Below, piece after piece: positions 37,961 to 52,400 of a stretch of 64,000 bases of DNA; the stretch's first letter is position 1; each line of letters opens with the position of its first letter. The stretch comes from Octopus sinensis (lineage: Eukaryota). Made by a program: the position numbers and the translations under genes. Under the pieces are notes generated by a model. That model did not search any database. It had not been told where the DNA came from and saw only the letters and a list, made by a program, of their open reading frames with translations. Where the stretch lies: assembly GCF_006345805.1 (NCBI RefSeq), contig NC_042999.1, positions 144,398,001-144,462,000 of the forward strand, read 5' to 3'.

Positions 37961-40900
37961 GAAGTAGCTGGGTGAGTTAAAATGCTGGGCTGTCCGTTTG
38001 AGGAGATTCTTTTGGAACAAATCATTCAAATAGCATCCATCTCACCTATGTAAAGTACATTGCAATGTTTACATATTATGCACTATAGCAGGTTGGAGAA
38101 GAGAAAGTCTAACTAATGTTACATGTTGTCTATGGATTTGTGGTTTTGCAGTAGTGTGGTTTGAACAAGTGTAAATTCAGGAGTGGAAATAAGTGGAGGT
38201 TCTGGTTGAGTTGGGATTTAGACATAAGAAAACACTTGCCCAAAAGGCCTGTAGATTTTTCTTTTTTCGTAGGAGAGAAAGAGTTTCTTTTAAGATCGAG
38301 GCAATTGCAGTATCTAATTGCAGAATGCAACGATGGCATGTTAAAACAGATGAGTTACAGTATGGAAGATTATTCAGTCCTCAGGTGAGCGTAGGCATGT
38401 GCTCAGTAGTAGGTAACGTCCGAGATAGGGTGGGAAGAGAAAAATAGCGCATTGTCTCATCTAAAATTTTGTGATACAAGGGAAACAACTCTGTTGATAT
38501 AACCATTTTTTTTTTTTGTGAATTATGTCTAGCAGAGTAATGTATCTTAGAGTGAACCACCGTATGCTTTGTAAATAGTAATTTCAAATATTTCAAGTAG
38601 CGATTCAAACTGGATCACGGATTCAATCCGCATCGTATGTGTGTGTGTGTTAACACACATATATCATCATACTTTAATGTCTCTCTTCCTATCGGTCATG
38701 GGTTGGTTTATAACAAGTCATTAGTCCAAGGGCTGCATTATGTTCAATGTCTGCTTTGATGGGTGGATGCACTAACGCCATCCACTTTTACAGAATTTAC
38801 TTTTTTTTTCTTTTCATGGCACCAAAACTAGTCGCGTCGCCATGCAGCTTGCAAGACTAAGAATCCATTGAATCCATTTGGTTGAGCAAGTCAGCTCTAT
38901 TAGTAAGAGATGATAGGTTTAAGTATAAGGAAAGATAACAACAGAACAAGTTTCTTGCTACAGTGGTGACGAGGTGTCAGGGTAGACTCTTAAAGTATGA
39001 GCTGAGTAGATGTGAGTGGAGACAGAAAAACAGGGAGTTTAGGTGGTTAAAGGTGGGAGATGGGTGAGGTGGTGAATATAATGAGTGGAGAACAAGTGTT
39101 GAGGGATGCTAATATATATTGGAGGGAAAGACTAGAAATTGGGTAGCATTGAGGAAGTGAATGTAGGAAATGGTGGACAAGGGATAGAGAGTGATTAATG
39201 ATATATAAGAGCTGGTGGAGAAGGTAGGAGAAGTAGGTGGTGTTTGATAGTACAGAAAGGGAGGGGCAGCAGAATAATATAATGGAGATAGGAAGGATAA
39301 GGAAAAGATAGAGATTACTAATAGTTAGGTAGGTTGCAAGTGTGTGAAGAGAGATGCTGGTGTAGTGCAGGAGGAAAGTCATTAAGAAGGAGAGGGAGGA
39401 GGAGACAGTTTAGTGGTACAGAAAGGTGACCAATATAAAATATAGGTGGAAAGGGTCAGTATTAAGAATGAGTGGTGGATATCAAGTGGAATGGTTCCAG
39501 GCAGTGAACAAGATAACTAGCATAAGAGAAAAAGATAATAAAACATGCAGTTATGTAAGTGATGGAGGGCCCAATGATAGAGGGATCATTCATGGTAGAG
39601 ATGGCTTGAGGGGGTGGAATTGGGAAGGGCAAAGTTTTGCATATGGTTACAAGTAATGTGTATATGTGTGGGTATGACCTCAGGATGCTGAATGCAACAA
39701 AAGAGATTGACAGGATTTTGATAAGCGAAATGATGCACTGTTCAAATTGATTCAGCATTGTCAATCTGGTAAAATGGATGTAAAAATTATAACTATGATG
39801 AAGGAAAAGAGTACTGATGAAATTAAACCAATTCACACACAAATATTTGACCAGACAGTGACACGAAATGCAACCAGCTTTGAAAGTATTTATTTTAATA
39901 CTATACAAACATTTAATATTTCAAAACAACTCTGCACTAATGCTAGCATAATAAAATTGACCTCCAGTTTAGTGCCTGATATAACTCTCTGGTTTACCAT
40001 CTCCAGTTAAGCTGTCTAACCCATGCCAACATAGAAAACAGATGTTAAATGATGATGATAAGGATATATCTAAGACTGTTTGGATTGTAGGTGAAGACAA
40101 GAGTATATTTACTGCATCTTTGACATCTATATTTCCAAGTGCATCCAAATAAACTACATATACCTGTTACATTTTCATCTTCTAAAAGAATGTGATGCAC
40201 ATGGCCTAGGTAGTTTTTTGTATCACTGGCTACATGTATTATAGTAAGAGACTTATTGGTCCAACGCCTAATAATATGAGACATTTGCCTGTTAATCAGT
40301 ATTGCCATTACCTACAGTAGTGAACTTTTACCTATATATTATAGCTAATTACAACTTAACTAAATAGACTTCTCTGAGACTCAGGTGCTTTGACTGTGAA
40401 CACAACACAAAATCATTGATAGAATATAAACTGAGAACTTTTCACTTAGTTGCTTGTATTCTTTAAACTTATATGCCAGATGCTACACATACACTTGAGA
40501 CAAAACTAAAAGAACTTCACACTCCATGGTGACCTCACTGCTGCTGATACCACAAACAAGACATCCAGTACACTCTGTAGAGTGACTGACATTAGGAAAG
40601 ACATTGTGTCATAGAAACCACACTAAAGCAGACATTGGAGCAGTCTATCAGTTGTCAAACCATCAACATCATGCCAGCATTGAAGATAGATGTTAAAAGA
40701 TGGTGCTGATTATCCATCATCATTTAACATCCATTTCCCATACTGACATAGAGCTGGCCAGACTCCAGTTGTCTGTTGTGGCATGGTTTCTATGGCTAGA
40801 TACCCTTCCAAACGCCAACCACTTTACAGAGCATGTTGGGTGCTTTTTATATGGCACCAGCACCCGAAAAGGATAAGACTGTATGTATGATTGACAGCAA

Positions 40901-42447
40901 TTTTACTTAGCTTGATGCGTTTTCTCAAGTACAGCAAATCACCATCTTTGTGGATAAGAAGCTTGATTCACAATCACATTATTCCTTGCTAAATTCCAGT
41001 ATGTATCACCTTGAGTATTTCCTACCATTGCCTCCATTTAACCAATCCCTTGTGAGTGTGAATTTATCTTTTGTCTATTTATATATATATATCTCAGCAA
41101 AAGATGGAATCGTGGGACATAAAATCAAAATCCCAGTGCTTTACAAATGAATTTTCTTGTGGTATTGTGATAGATACTCCCTTGTCCCTTTATCTATCAG
41201 AAATATAGTGAAGCAGTGATTGACCCATTAGGAACTTCTAACTAATGATGCTGTTCCTCATTTAATTCATTTTAATGACTGTACTTAAAACAACACACGT
41301 GTGTGTGTGTGTGCATGGCTATGTGCTCAAGAAGCTTGCTTCCTGACCATGTAGTCTCAGTATCAATCCTACTCCATGACACCTTGGATAAGTGTCTTCT
41401 GCTATAGCCATGGACCAACCAAAGCTTTGTAAGTGGATTTGATCGATAGAAACTGAAAGAAACTTGTTATATATGTATGTGCATGTGTGCGTTTCAGTTC
41501 TCTTGCCTTGACATCATGTGATGACTGTGTACATGCATCATCATCATACAAACAATATTGTTCATTTCCAATCTTCCATGGGAAATATTACCTTGCTTGC
41601 CAACAGATGAAGATTGATGATAGACACAGGTGAAAGTTGGTGACCCTTTCTAGGGTCACCAACTAGAAAGTCTGCCTTAACAAATTCCATCTGACCCACA
41701 CAAGCGTGGAAAAGTGGGCATTAAATGATAATGTATGTGTATATATATATATATATATCATGCTGGCATGGCTATGTGGTTAAGGTGTTTGCTTTCTAAT
41801 CATAGGATCTCAGGTTCACTCAACTGTACAGCCCTTTGAGCTAGTATGTAAGCATTTTCTGCTGTGGCCTTAGGTCAGCCCAAGCCTAATGAGTGGATTT
41901 GGTGAACAGAAACTAAAAGAAGCCAGCCGTGTTTGTGTATCCTTGTTTTGAGATCACACACTGGCTGTAAGCAAATGTTACTGTCATATAAATAGTTGTG
42001 GTGGTGTTTATTTGCAATCTTCAGTAAAGTCATGTATAGCCATTGTTCTGTTCATGTTTAAAAAACTAGGGGATTTATCATTTTACTTGAAAACAGATCA
42101 GATTGGAACAGTAAGGGCCTTAGAAAATTGGCTCATCATATTTTATCTGACTCATGCAACCACAGAAAAACAGACATTAAAACAATGATGGCGATGGCAG
42201 TGGTATGTGTGTGTGTGTGTCTAGAGAAATAATTGATTGGAAAAGATATTTGGTTACTATTAAGTGAAACTTCAGATCACTTCAGCTGTCAGTATCTCTT
42301 TTCTTTCCATTTAACATTGCCAGTCCGAGGGCTAAACATTGGTTTTATGAATGGCTCTGACTCACATAGATATTCTGTATACCCACATACACATACAAGT
42401 GTGAATCGAACATTTTAAAGTTTTCTCTAATATTTAAATAAAGTTAT

Positions 42448-42790
42448 TCATCATCATCATCATCGTTTAACGTCCGCTTTCCATGCTAGCATGGGTTGGA
42501 CGGTTCAACTGGGGTCTGGGAAGCCAGAAGGCTGCACCAGGCCCAGTCTGACCTGGCAGTGTTTCTACAGCTGGATGCCCTTCCTAACGCCAACCACTTC
42601 GTGAGTGTAGTGGGTGCTTTTTATGTGCCACCGGCACAGGTGCCAGACGAGGCTGGCAAACGGCCACGATCGGATGGTGCTTTTTACGTGCCACCGGCAC
42701 GGAAGCCAGTCAGGGCGGCGCTGGCTACGGCCACGTTCGGATGGTTCTCTTACGTGCCACCGGCACTGGTATCACAGCTACAAATTCCAC
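42448..42790 (-). mobile_element. RTE 3'-tail copy, little decayed
   Basis: (CAT)n followed by the family tail; CpG-rich. Confidence 0.9.
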
Positions 42791-45054
42791 ATTGTATATA
42801 TAAATACAATTACATTGTGCAAGGGGGATTTTAGTTATTTAAGAACACATAAAACTGTTAGATTCATTTTTCTTTAGTTCTTATAGTACAGTCTATTAAG
42901 AATTATCAAAAAGTTTTGTTGCACATTTACCATTTTGTTGCTGACCACCCTACCTCTAGTTACAATGTAATTGTATCAGTGACCAGATGGTTTCAGATCA
43001 TGTTACTGCCAATTTTACTACTCTGGATCAGATGAGACCTTGTTAAGACAGAATTTTCATGACTGAATGCCCTTCCTGACACTAGTCCTCACTTGTTTCC
43101 AAGCAAGGTAATAATGCCCTAGTGTATAGAATAACAAAAAGCTTGGACATGCTTTCACAGAGGATTACAAACACCATTTGTACAAAAGGTGAAGATTTTG
43201 CTTACAATTAGCTCTCACATGTCAAGAAATCTAAATATGCTTTCACAGCAAAGTACAAACAAGCAACACTTCAAATGAACAGTGAGGCTTTTGTTTTCAA
43301 CCAGCACACACATCATTATTTTCATTTATCTTACTCCTTCTATGCTGATGTGAGTTGGGCAGTTTGACAGGATCTGACAAGTTAGAAGACTGTGTCATGC
43401 TCTACTGTCTACTTTAGTATGGTTTCTACAGCTGGATATCCTTCCTAACTCCAAACATCAAAACAAAAGGGAATTTTCACTCAATCACACTCAGAGTTGT
43501 AGTGCAACTGAGATTCTGTACTATAAGCTCATTATTATTTTTATATTATTATTGTTGTTGCTGGAAGAGGAGGAGAGATTAAATAAAATTACATTTTTAT
43601 CACTAAGCACAGATGTGGCTGTGTAGGTAAGAAAGCTTGCTTCTCAGCCATGTGATGTCAGACTGACCAAAGCTTTGTGAGTGGCTTTGGTAAATGGAAA
43701 CTGAAAGAAGCCAATTGTAAATATGTATGTGTATGTATATGTACATAGATATACATGTGTGTGCTTGTATATACTCTTACCTTGACATCATGTGATTGTT
43801 GTTAAACAAGCATCCCCATCATACAATATCCATTTCTAGTCTTCCATGAAAAACATATCTGGGGAGATGTGAACTTGCTTGGAAATGGATAAGGGTTGGT
43901 GAAAAGAAAGGCAGCCAGCCGTAGAAAATCTGCCTCAACAAAGTCCATCTGACCCATGCACTCATGGAAAAGCAGACATTAAAATGATGGTGTTTGAAAC
44001 ATATCTTAAACAGATCTAGTATACAAAATTAGAATGAAAGTTTTTAATATAAATATGAACACTTTAAACTGAGAGACTTTTGTATCACAAATCCAGGAGA
44101 GGTGTCAAGCAGGTTGATAACAAGAAGTAATTTATTATCAGTTGTTAGTATTTGGCTAGGAACTTTCAACAATGACTTTAAAGTTTTTATCAGATAATAT
44201 TGAAGAGGTTAAGCAAAATTTGTTAACCCTGCTGCTAACATGCCTATGCACCCTTTCTACTTTATGGCTCTTTTACTATTCATGTTACTGTTTTATGCTG
44301 TGTACAATACATTTCCTTTTGGCTATCATTGCTGTCTTTCTTTACTTGACTTATTGTTGCTTTCTGTTCCCACTTTTACCCTTTTCCTTTGAATTGTAGT
44401 ATACCTTAGTATACAATAAGTTTATCTTCATCATCATCACCACATATGTCTGATGCTGATATTTTTTATGTTAACAATATTGAACGAGAACAAGGAAACT
44501 ACAAAAATAGAACTTTGATAGTTTTTGTCTTTTGTTTGTTTCAGTTATTAGGCTGTGGTGATGCTTGGGCATCGCTTTGAAGTGTTTAGTTGAACAAATC
44601 AACCCTAGTACTTACAAATTAAGTTTGGTACCCAATATATTTACTGATTTGAGGAAAAGAATTTTGTCATAACTATCTCTTATTATTTGGTTTCAAGTCT
44701 ACTTCAAAATAATAATGATGGAAAGATAATCGTGTTAACATTCTCTTAAACTTTAACTCCCCCAGAAATATTGCAAGTTTACAAAGCACTTGACAATCTT
44801 CTAGTGCAGCTGCTGTGATAAATCTGTAGTATCCTGCTATATCAGGAGAATATGGTGTGTGTTATAGAATTTCCCAACCAAGTTCTTGAATGGCATTTTT
44901 GGTCAAATCAGCAACATGGGGACAAGTGTCATGTTGAAAAAGCATGTCATGTCGCCAGTTGGTTCATTTCAGCTGAACCCCTCGTTGAGCTGGCACGTTT
45001 GCTAAAACACAAAGTTCTGCATTAATCATGTGGTTGTTTCCAAGTATTTTGTAT

Positions 45055-45370
45055 GGCTTCCGTGTCGGTGGCACATAAAAAGCACCATCCGAATCGTAGC
45101 TGAAGCCAGTGCCGCCTCGACTGGCTTCCATAAAATGCACCAATCCGACCGTGGCCAATGCCAGCCTCGCCTGGCACCAGTGCAGGTGGCACGTAAAAAG
45201 CACCCACTACACTCACGGAGTGGTTGGCGTTAGGAAGGGCATCCAGCTGTAGAAATGTTGCCAGATAAGACCGGAGCCTGGTGCAGCCTTCTAGCTTCCC
45301 AGATCCCCGGTCGAACCGTCCAACCCATGCTAGCATGGAGAACGGACGTTAAACGATGATGATGATGATT
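45055..45370 (+). mobile_element. RTE 3'-tail copy
   Basis: Reverse complement of the 42448-42790 family; ends in (GAT)n. Confidence 0.9.
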
Positions 45371-46622
45371 AGCCCTTCCTTATCCCACCAAATGCAAATC
45401 ATTGTCTTGCATGGATACAGCATTGGCTTGGCTCAGTGTGTTGCTTGCATCTTGGGACTCAGTTATTCTTTGCTTTGTTCCATATTGACATAATGCATTT
45501 TTCATTGCTAGTGACAATGCAGTAAAAAAAATTCTGTTTGTATCCACAATTTGCTAGATGATGATAGAAAAGCGCTGGAGTTTGTCTCTTTCATTCAGAG
45601 TATTTGGCCCCCATGCACTAAGTTTTTACTCATCAAGCTAAGAATGCATCACATCTGCTGGGTTAATTTCCTTGTGGATGAGTTTATTCAATCAATTCTT
45701 GTAGAACTAAACAGGTTGGCTAGAATGCATAGTCTGTAAGGTTAGATTTCCCCTCCTTGATGTGTGGAACCATTTCTGTGCAGTTCTTTCAAACAATAGT
45801 GACTTTGGCAGCTTTGGAAACTTGATTGAAAGTGAAGAAATGCAAAGTATCGAAAAGCCTCTTTTGTTTTACTTCACTTATGTTAAGATCTTGGAGACTT
45901 TAGCTTTGATTATAAATCACAAGCATCATGCAATTTCATTTTCTGTCCCCTATAAATATGATGTAATCATTAGCATGTTTTCCCAATATTCTAAGTAAGT
46001 AGGTTTGAATTATTATTAAGAGGTATACAAGTGAATAATATGGATAGTGTAGCATTGGATTAATAACTCACATATCTTGGGATTAAATCCATGACTTGTG
46101 TTTTATTGTGTATTTGGCAGTATGCTTAATTCTTAGCGTCTCACTTACCCTAGTTGTTGAGTAAAAAGGTATCAAATCTTCTAGAATTTTAGCTGCATTT
46201 AATTGATGTCCTTTCTACAGGTAACTAAACAGCAGAGCTAAGAACCAACACTTGAAATCAAAGATTATGAAGCCTTTGCATTAAATACAATTATGCGGTC
46301 CTAAGCTTCTGTAAAAAATCAGTCTGTGTGCTTTTGCTTAAAAGGGAAATAATACCATGCAGTAAGATTATGTTCCAGATATATTAATTTGCAATACTGT
46401 TTTTTTTTTTGCTTTATGCTTTAAATATTCCCTAGGGAATATGTATACCACATAACAAGTCAATAAAGATGATTATGGTTGACAAATAGAAGAGATAAAA
46501 ATACAGATTTTTTTTTAGATATTCTAAATTTAATCCTTTTTATTTTCACCAGTGTTTGAATTATTCAATTTCAGTTATATTCCTGACAAATAAGTGAATG
46601 TTTTTTTTTTATTTCATTTCAG

Positions 46623-46712
46623 TAAACAGGGACGGAAGCTTGGAACAGTTGAATTTCAGTGCAGTAGTTGCTATAAATGGTTTCATATTGATTGTATCAA
46701 AATGCCTTTAGG
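46623..46712 (+). CDS. ASH2L: ASH2L coding exon 4 (C-KQGRKLGTVEFQCSSCYKWFHIDCIKMPL-G)
   Basis: Strong pyrimidine tract plus ag; matches ASH2L GRQLGEVELQCGICTKWF; GG|GTAGGT donor; 90 nt, phase 2 to 2. Confidence 0.95.
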
Positions 46713-47524
46713 GTAGGTATTCTTCAGCACACCTTATACAGTTTTCTTTCTTTCCTTATTTTGTTCATTTTTTTCTACCATGCTACAATCATCACCATCA
46801 ACAGCATCCTCGTTTAACGTCTGCTTTCCATGCTGACATGGGTTGGATAGTTTGACTGAGGACTGGTGAGCTAGAAGGCTGCACCAGACTCCAATCTGAT
46901 CTGGCAAAGTTTCTACAACTAGATGCCCTTCCTAATGCCAACCACTCTGAGAGTGTAGTGGATGTTTAATTCTATTGTGTGTACAAATACACTGCAGACA
47001 TGCATGTGTATACATAAGTATGTAAGAATACACCTGTGCATTATTGACATTGAAATATGTACTTCCTGAGCATCTATAGTACAAGTAAAATAGATGAGTG
47101 AATAATATATTGCAGGGACAGCTAATACATTTAGATCTTCTGCTGATATTTTGTTGTTTATGTAATAGTTTCAGTTATCCTAGCTGTCAAGGATAGGTAC
47201 AAAAAGGAGATATTTATCTCACATTCATGTACCACTAATAGAATGAACTACCTGTCTGTAAGAGCCTGTTGAAAGTATTTTTGCATACTCATATTTATGT
47301 ACCTGAAGACATACTTCATAAAACAAATATTGCAAAATTGAGAGTGCTTGTGGTTATTTTGAAAACTGTAAGATTGTTGGAAGTTAATAGAGAACCATGA
47401 AAAATTATTTTCTTTTGAAATTGTACTTTCTCTGACATTTGTTCTAGAGATAAAGTAATATCCACTTGAGGTGGACTAAAGCTGCAGTCTTCAGAAAGAA
47501 CATCTTCAAAAGATTATAGATGAT

Positions 47525-49530
47525 GGGAAAAAGAGAGTCTGCAAATGTCGACCCAATTGAGGGACCAGCTATTCAAATTAGTAGATAAAGCAATTAAGGG
47601 TATGAAGACAGGGAAAGTTCCCAGCCCATCAGGAATCACTGCTGAAGTTCTTAAAATCTCTGGCAGCATATGCTATAATCTAGTCAACCAGGTGATACAT
47701 GAAGAAGTCATACCTTATGACTGGTGTAGCAGCACCATAGTCAACTGCTACAAATGTAATGGTGACGCATTAGATAGGAATAATTACAGAGGTATCAAAT
47801 TGTTGATGAAAGTTACAAAGAGGATCATAGCCCAACCAATTAGGGAGAGAGTTAGTTTAGACGAGATGCATTCTGGGTTTGTGCCAGGGAGAAGAACCAC
47901 TGATGCAGGAGAAATTTCTAGCCAAAGATAATTCTCTGTACTTGGCTTTTGTTGACATGGAGAAAACCCTTGACAGAGTCCCTTGATCCCTTATTTGGTG
48001 GTCAGTGTGGAAACTAGGGATAGATGAGTGGTTGGTGAGAACTGTAGAAGCCATGTATAGGGATGCTGTCAGTAAGGTGAGGGCTGGCAACAAGTATAGT
48101 GAAGAATTCCGGATAGAAGTAGGGGGTTCACTAAAGATCAGTCCTCCAGGTAATAACAGAGGAATTTAAGACAGGCTGCCCCTGAGAGCTCCTCTATGCT
48201 GATGACACTTCTCTAATAGCTGAGTCACGATCAGAACTAGAGAAGTTTCAGGTGTGGAAGCAAGGTCTAGAATCAAAGGGCCTTAGAGTCAATCTAGCAA
48301 AAACCAAAAACTGGGAAGGCAGGCAAATCACAAATCCCTTCAGGTAGATGGCCCTGCTCAATCTGTAGAAATGGCGTAGGTAGAAACTCCATAAGATGTA
48401 CCCAGTGTAAGCTATGGATACATACGAGGTGAAGCAATATCAAAGGAAGGTTAACTGGGAGGATAGTTTTTGTATGTGGCAGATGCACAGGAGCAATAAA
48501 CACCAAAGATGTACAGAAAACAGATTCTATCACATGCCAGGGGGAAAAACTAGAAGTAGTTGATAACTTCTGTATACTAGGTGACTAAGTCAGTAGCAGG
48601 AATGGCTGCTCTGAGAGTGTAGCTGCTAGAATAAGAATAGCCTTGGCAAAGTTCAGAGAGCTCTGACCTCTGCTCGTAACAAAGGGCCTGTCACTCAGAG
48701 TGAAAGGTACTGTATGATGCCTGTGTACAGTGAAACATGGGCTGTGACTGCTGAGGACATGTGTTGGCTTGAAAGAAATGAAGCTAGTATGCTCTGCTGG
48801 ATGTGTAATGTCAGTATGCATATACGACAGAGTGTAAGCTCCTTGAGAGAAAAGTTGGACATAAGAAGCATCAGATATGGTATACAAGAGAGACAATTGT
48901 ACTGGTATGGTCATGTGTTGTGTATGGATGAGGACAGCTGTGTGAAGAAGTTACACACTAACAGTGGAGGGAACCTGTGGAAGAGGTAGACCCAGGAAGA
49001 AATGGGATGAAGTGGTGCAGCACAACATTTGAATGCTGGGCCTCACAGAAGCAATGACAAGCAACCGAAACCTTTGGAGATATTCTGTGCTTCAGAAGAC
49101 TTTTGCAAAGTGAAATCGTAGTCATAGCCGATGCCAGTGCTGCCTGACTGGCAGCCATGCTGGTGGCACGTAAAAAAGCACCATTCTATTGTGGCCGATG
49201 CCAGTGCCTCTTGACTAGCACATAAAAAGCACCATTCAGGTGTGGTCAATGCTAGTGCCTCCTGACAGGCTCATGTATTGGTAGCATGTAAAAAGCACCA
49301 TTCGAGCATGGTCGATGCCAGTGCCTCCTGACTGTCTCCCATGCCACTGGCACATAAAAAGCACCCACTACACTCTTAGAGTGGTTGGCGTTAGGAAGGG
49401 TATCCAGCTGAAGAAACCTTGCCAGATCAAATTGAAGCCTGGTGCAGCCTCCTTGCTTGCCAGTCCTCAGTCAAACCATCTAACCCATACCAGCATGAAA
49501 AGCAGATGTTAAACAGTGATGATAATGATG
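47525..49530 (+). mobile_element. 5'-truncated decayed RTE LINE
   Basis: KVPSPSGITAEVLK, NYRGIKLL, ELLYADD (~48190), SETWAVTAED, GRGRPRKKW; 3' UTR repeats and tail. Confidence 0.93.
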
Positions 49531-49799
49531 AAAGTTAGGTATCATTATATGACTGAATCTGTACAATGCGGAAAAAATATACTGCAAAAATCTCCTCTGG
49601 ATAAAATTCAAATGTACCTTTGCAAAAGGAATTAAATTCAGTACTGTAAGCCATTACCACCACCATCACCACGATCTCCTCCTTCTTGCCTCTGCAAAAG
49701 GTCAGAAGTGTTGCCTCACTCCTCATTTGACTAAAACCCTTCAAAAACCTTTCTTTCATCTACCATCCCTCACCCTCAAAAAAGTAAATATTCCTTTTT

Positions 49800-49992
49800 A
49801 TTATAGGCACAAAGCCTGAAAATTTCAGGAGGGTGCTAGTCTCAATTACATTGACCCCAGTGTTCAACTGGTACTTATTTAATTGACCCTAGAAAGATGA
49901 GAGGCAGCATTTGAACTCAGAACATAAAGCCAGAAAAAATGACATTAAGCATTTTGTCCAGCACAATAATGATTCTGCCAGCTCACTACCTT
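49800..49992 (-). mobile_element. tRNA-derived SINE; same family at ~51375-51513, 57060-57260 and 63380-63930
   Basis: Minus strand GAGCTGGCAGAATC (A box) and GAGTTCAAAT (B box), then TTAAATAAGTACCAGTTG. Confidence 0.75.
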
Positions 49993-51559
49993 AATGTCAG
50001 TAAATATTAAAACCAGTTCTACACCATGTTTCTCTGTTAATTAATTCCATTTCTTCCTAAAAATAAATCATTATTATCATTGTTCTTATTATAATTAATA
50101 TCATTATGTATATCCTGATTTTTCATTCTTCGTTTATTTGATATACTGCCAAAGGGAACCAGATAGACATGTCACACCCTTTACCAGCATTGAATTATAG
50201 ATAGATGAGAGATGTTTAGACCTGATGATGATGATGCTTGTATAATATATTGATGTTACTTATTCATCATCATCAGAACTATTGTCACTACCTTCAGTAG
50301 GTCAGCACAACAACATATTTTCACATTCTTATATTGCAAATATATATAAGTGAAAAAATATATAGTAAATACACAGACGAAAAGTAAACAATGTATAACA
50401 TATATTGAGAGCACAAACAGACTAAAGACAAGCATAGAAAGTCCCTAATTCTTCATCAGTTATCAACAGATGATAGTACTCAGTGTTATACCATTAATAT
50501 GATGTATGTATGTACAGATGGTGTTATTGAATTATTCATCAATAAAAAATGTATCTGAAACAACTGTAGTGAACCTTTATCCCATTTGTGCTCATGTAAC
50601 TAGCCAAAAGAAATATTTGTGTATGTGCTTGTATGTATATGTATTTTTGTGTTACTTGTCTGTGTGTGTGTGTGTGTGTGTGCGAGGTAGCTTCTATATG
50701 GGCATGTGTTGGATGGGTCAGACAGTTCTTATTCAGAGTTACTACCCTCTTGGATGAGTCAAAAGACCAGCACTCATGCATACACACATTTCAATTTATG
50801 GCATGATTTCTTCAACTTGATGCCTAGGGAGTATTTGGATCAATTTATTGGACTACAAAATTGTCTTGTTTCCTACAAGACTAAAATGTCCTCTCTTCAG
50901 CGTCTCTATAGATATTGGAGCTAGAACTCTAGTTTTCCAGATAAATGTGACTGGTGGAAGGGTGAGCAGTAAAGTCATGCAATCCGCCTTTATCCTTAAA
51001 GAGAATCCCTTTGTTATCAGCTAAGGTAATAACTACCTGAACATTCCTGTGAACGTTTTTGTGCACATTTTTTGTATCTTGAATTCATACTTATAAACTG
51101 TCTAATTTAATTTAATGTTCAAAACTGAAAATCTTTTACTTTATGATCTGCTTCTAATATTAACAAGCTGTTGTTTTTTGTTTATAGCTTTTGTTTGTTT
51201 TTTTGCAACTCATAATAGCTTGAAGAATTTCGGAGTGAAAACTATGTTAAATGATAAATACAAAATAAAATATGAAATAGTGATCTTCATACAGCTTAGG
51301 ACTAAATGCTATGAGGTATCAAGGATTCTCGTGGGAAAGAAGGGGTGTGTATATGTTTGATGTTAATAATAATAATTATTTCTACTCTAGGAACAAGGTC
51401 TTGAAAATGACTAGTTGATTACATCGAGCCCAGTGAACTCAGAACTTAGTGGCAGGCGAAATACTGCTAAGCATTTCGCCCGGCATGCTAATGATTTTGC
51501 CAGCTCACTGCCTAAGCTTATTGTATAAAGTGCTCTTCAGAAATGGTTGAAGGGGCAAA

Positions 51560-52076
51560 CAAAGCAGACATATATATCAATAAAGATGGTGTTGAAAGTT
51601 AGATGTCCATGCACAATACATAGAATAAGATACAAAAAGACAAAGGGTGAACAAAGAAGAAGGGATTCATAGGTATATCTGGAGTAGTATTTGCAAATTT
51701 CAGGAAGTATGGAATTTTTTAAGGGTGCACTGTGCTAATAACTGATGCAGGTAGTTTATTACATGCTTCAACAATACTGAGCAAAAATGTTTTTGAAAGC
51801 CATGGATGCTGCATTGTTTTTGGATTTTATAAGCATGTCCATGAGATTTTTGAATTCAAAAAGGTGGCCAAAGTTGTTGAGAAAATGGTGGATAATCTTG
51901 TGGGCTTTTGCCAAGTCAGTTACATGGTATTGAAACCTAAGTATGCTAATGCCCAGAGAAGAAATACATTCAATAGAGGGTATTTGGCTGCATGTTTGAG
52001 CTTCCAGTAGCTCAATATTCTGGACAAGATGGGTGCTCCAGTCTGGAGATGCAAACTGTTAGTGTGGGCATACCAT

Positions 52077-52108
<32 letters not shown>

Positions 52109-52400
52109 CTTTAAATAGATAGGTAGTAAGCAACTGACAAAGGTCTTACAGAGTGATGTTAAGACAACTTCGGTATTTTGATAACTTTTAGAAACATGGT
52201 TCATCCAATGCAGATCATTGATACCTAGGTCACATTCACCAGTAGACTTCTTAAGGTTGATGTTATGGAGGGAGTAGGGAAATTCTAGGTTTTCCTCCCA
52301 AAATGTATAGTAGCAACACTTGTCTACAGCCAGCTTGAATTGCCAGTCAGCAATCCATTGCAACATTATATGCAGAATGTGCAGAAAGTTGCATATTACC
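51560..52400 (-). mobile_element. Decayed CR1-type LINE C-terminal fragment
   Basis: ORF 51920-52450 LQWIADWQFKLAVDKC...ECDLGI; 3' NIFAQYC. Confidence 0.7.

Noticed and set aside
38940-39700. Purine-rich tract with ORFs (and pyrimidine-rich counterparts at ~15800-16400 and ~34850-35480)
   Set aside because: Low-complexity sequence next to decayed RTE tails; no coding or splice signature.
42496-42834. Recurrent ORF MDGSTGVWEARRLHQAQSDLAVFLQLDALPNANH (also 14703, 55108)
   Set aside because: Antisense translation of the non-coding RTE 3' tail; frames not preserved among copies.
49125-49375. CRISPR-like repeat-spacer array
   Set aside because: Eukaryotic context; the spacers are homologous to each other; no cas genes; part of the RTE 3' UTR.
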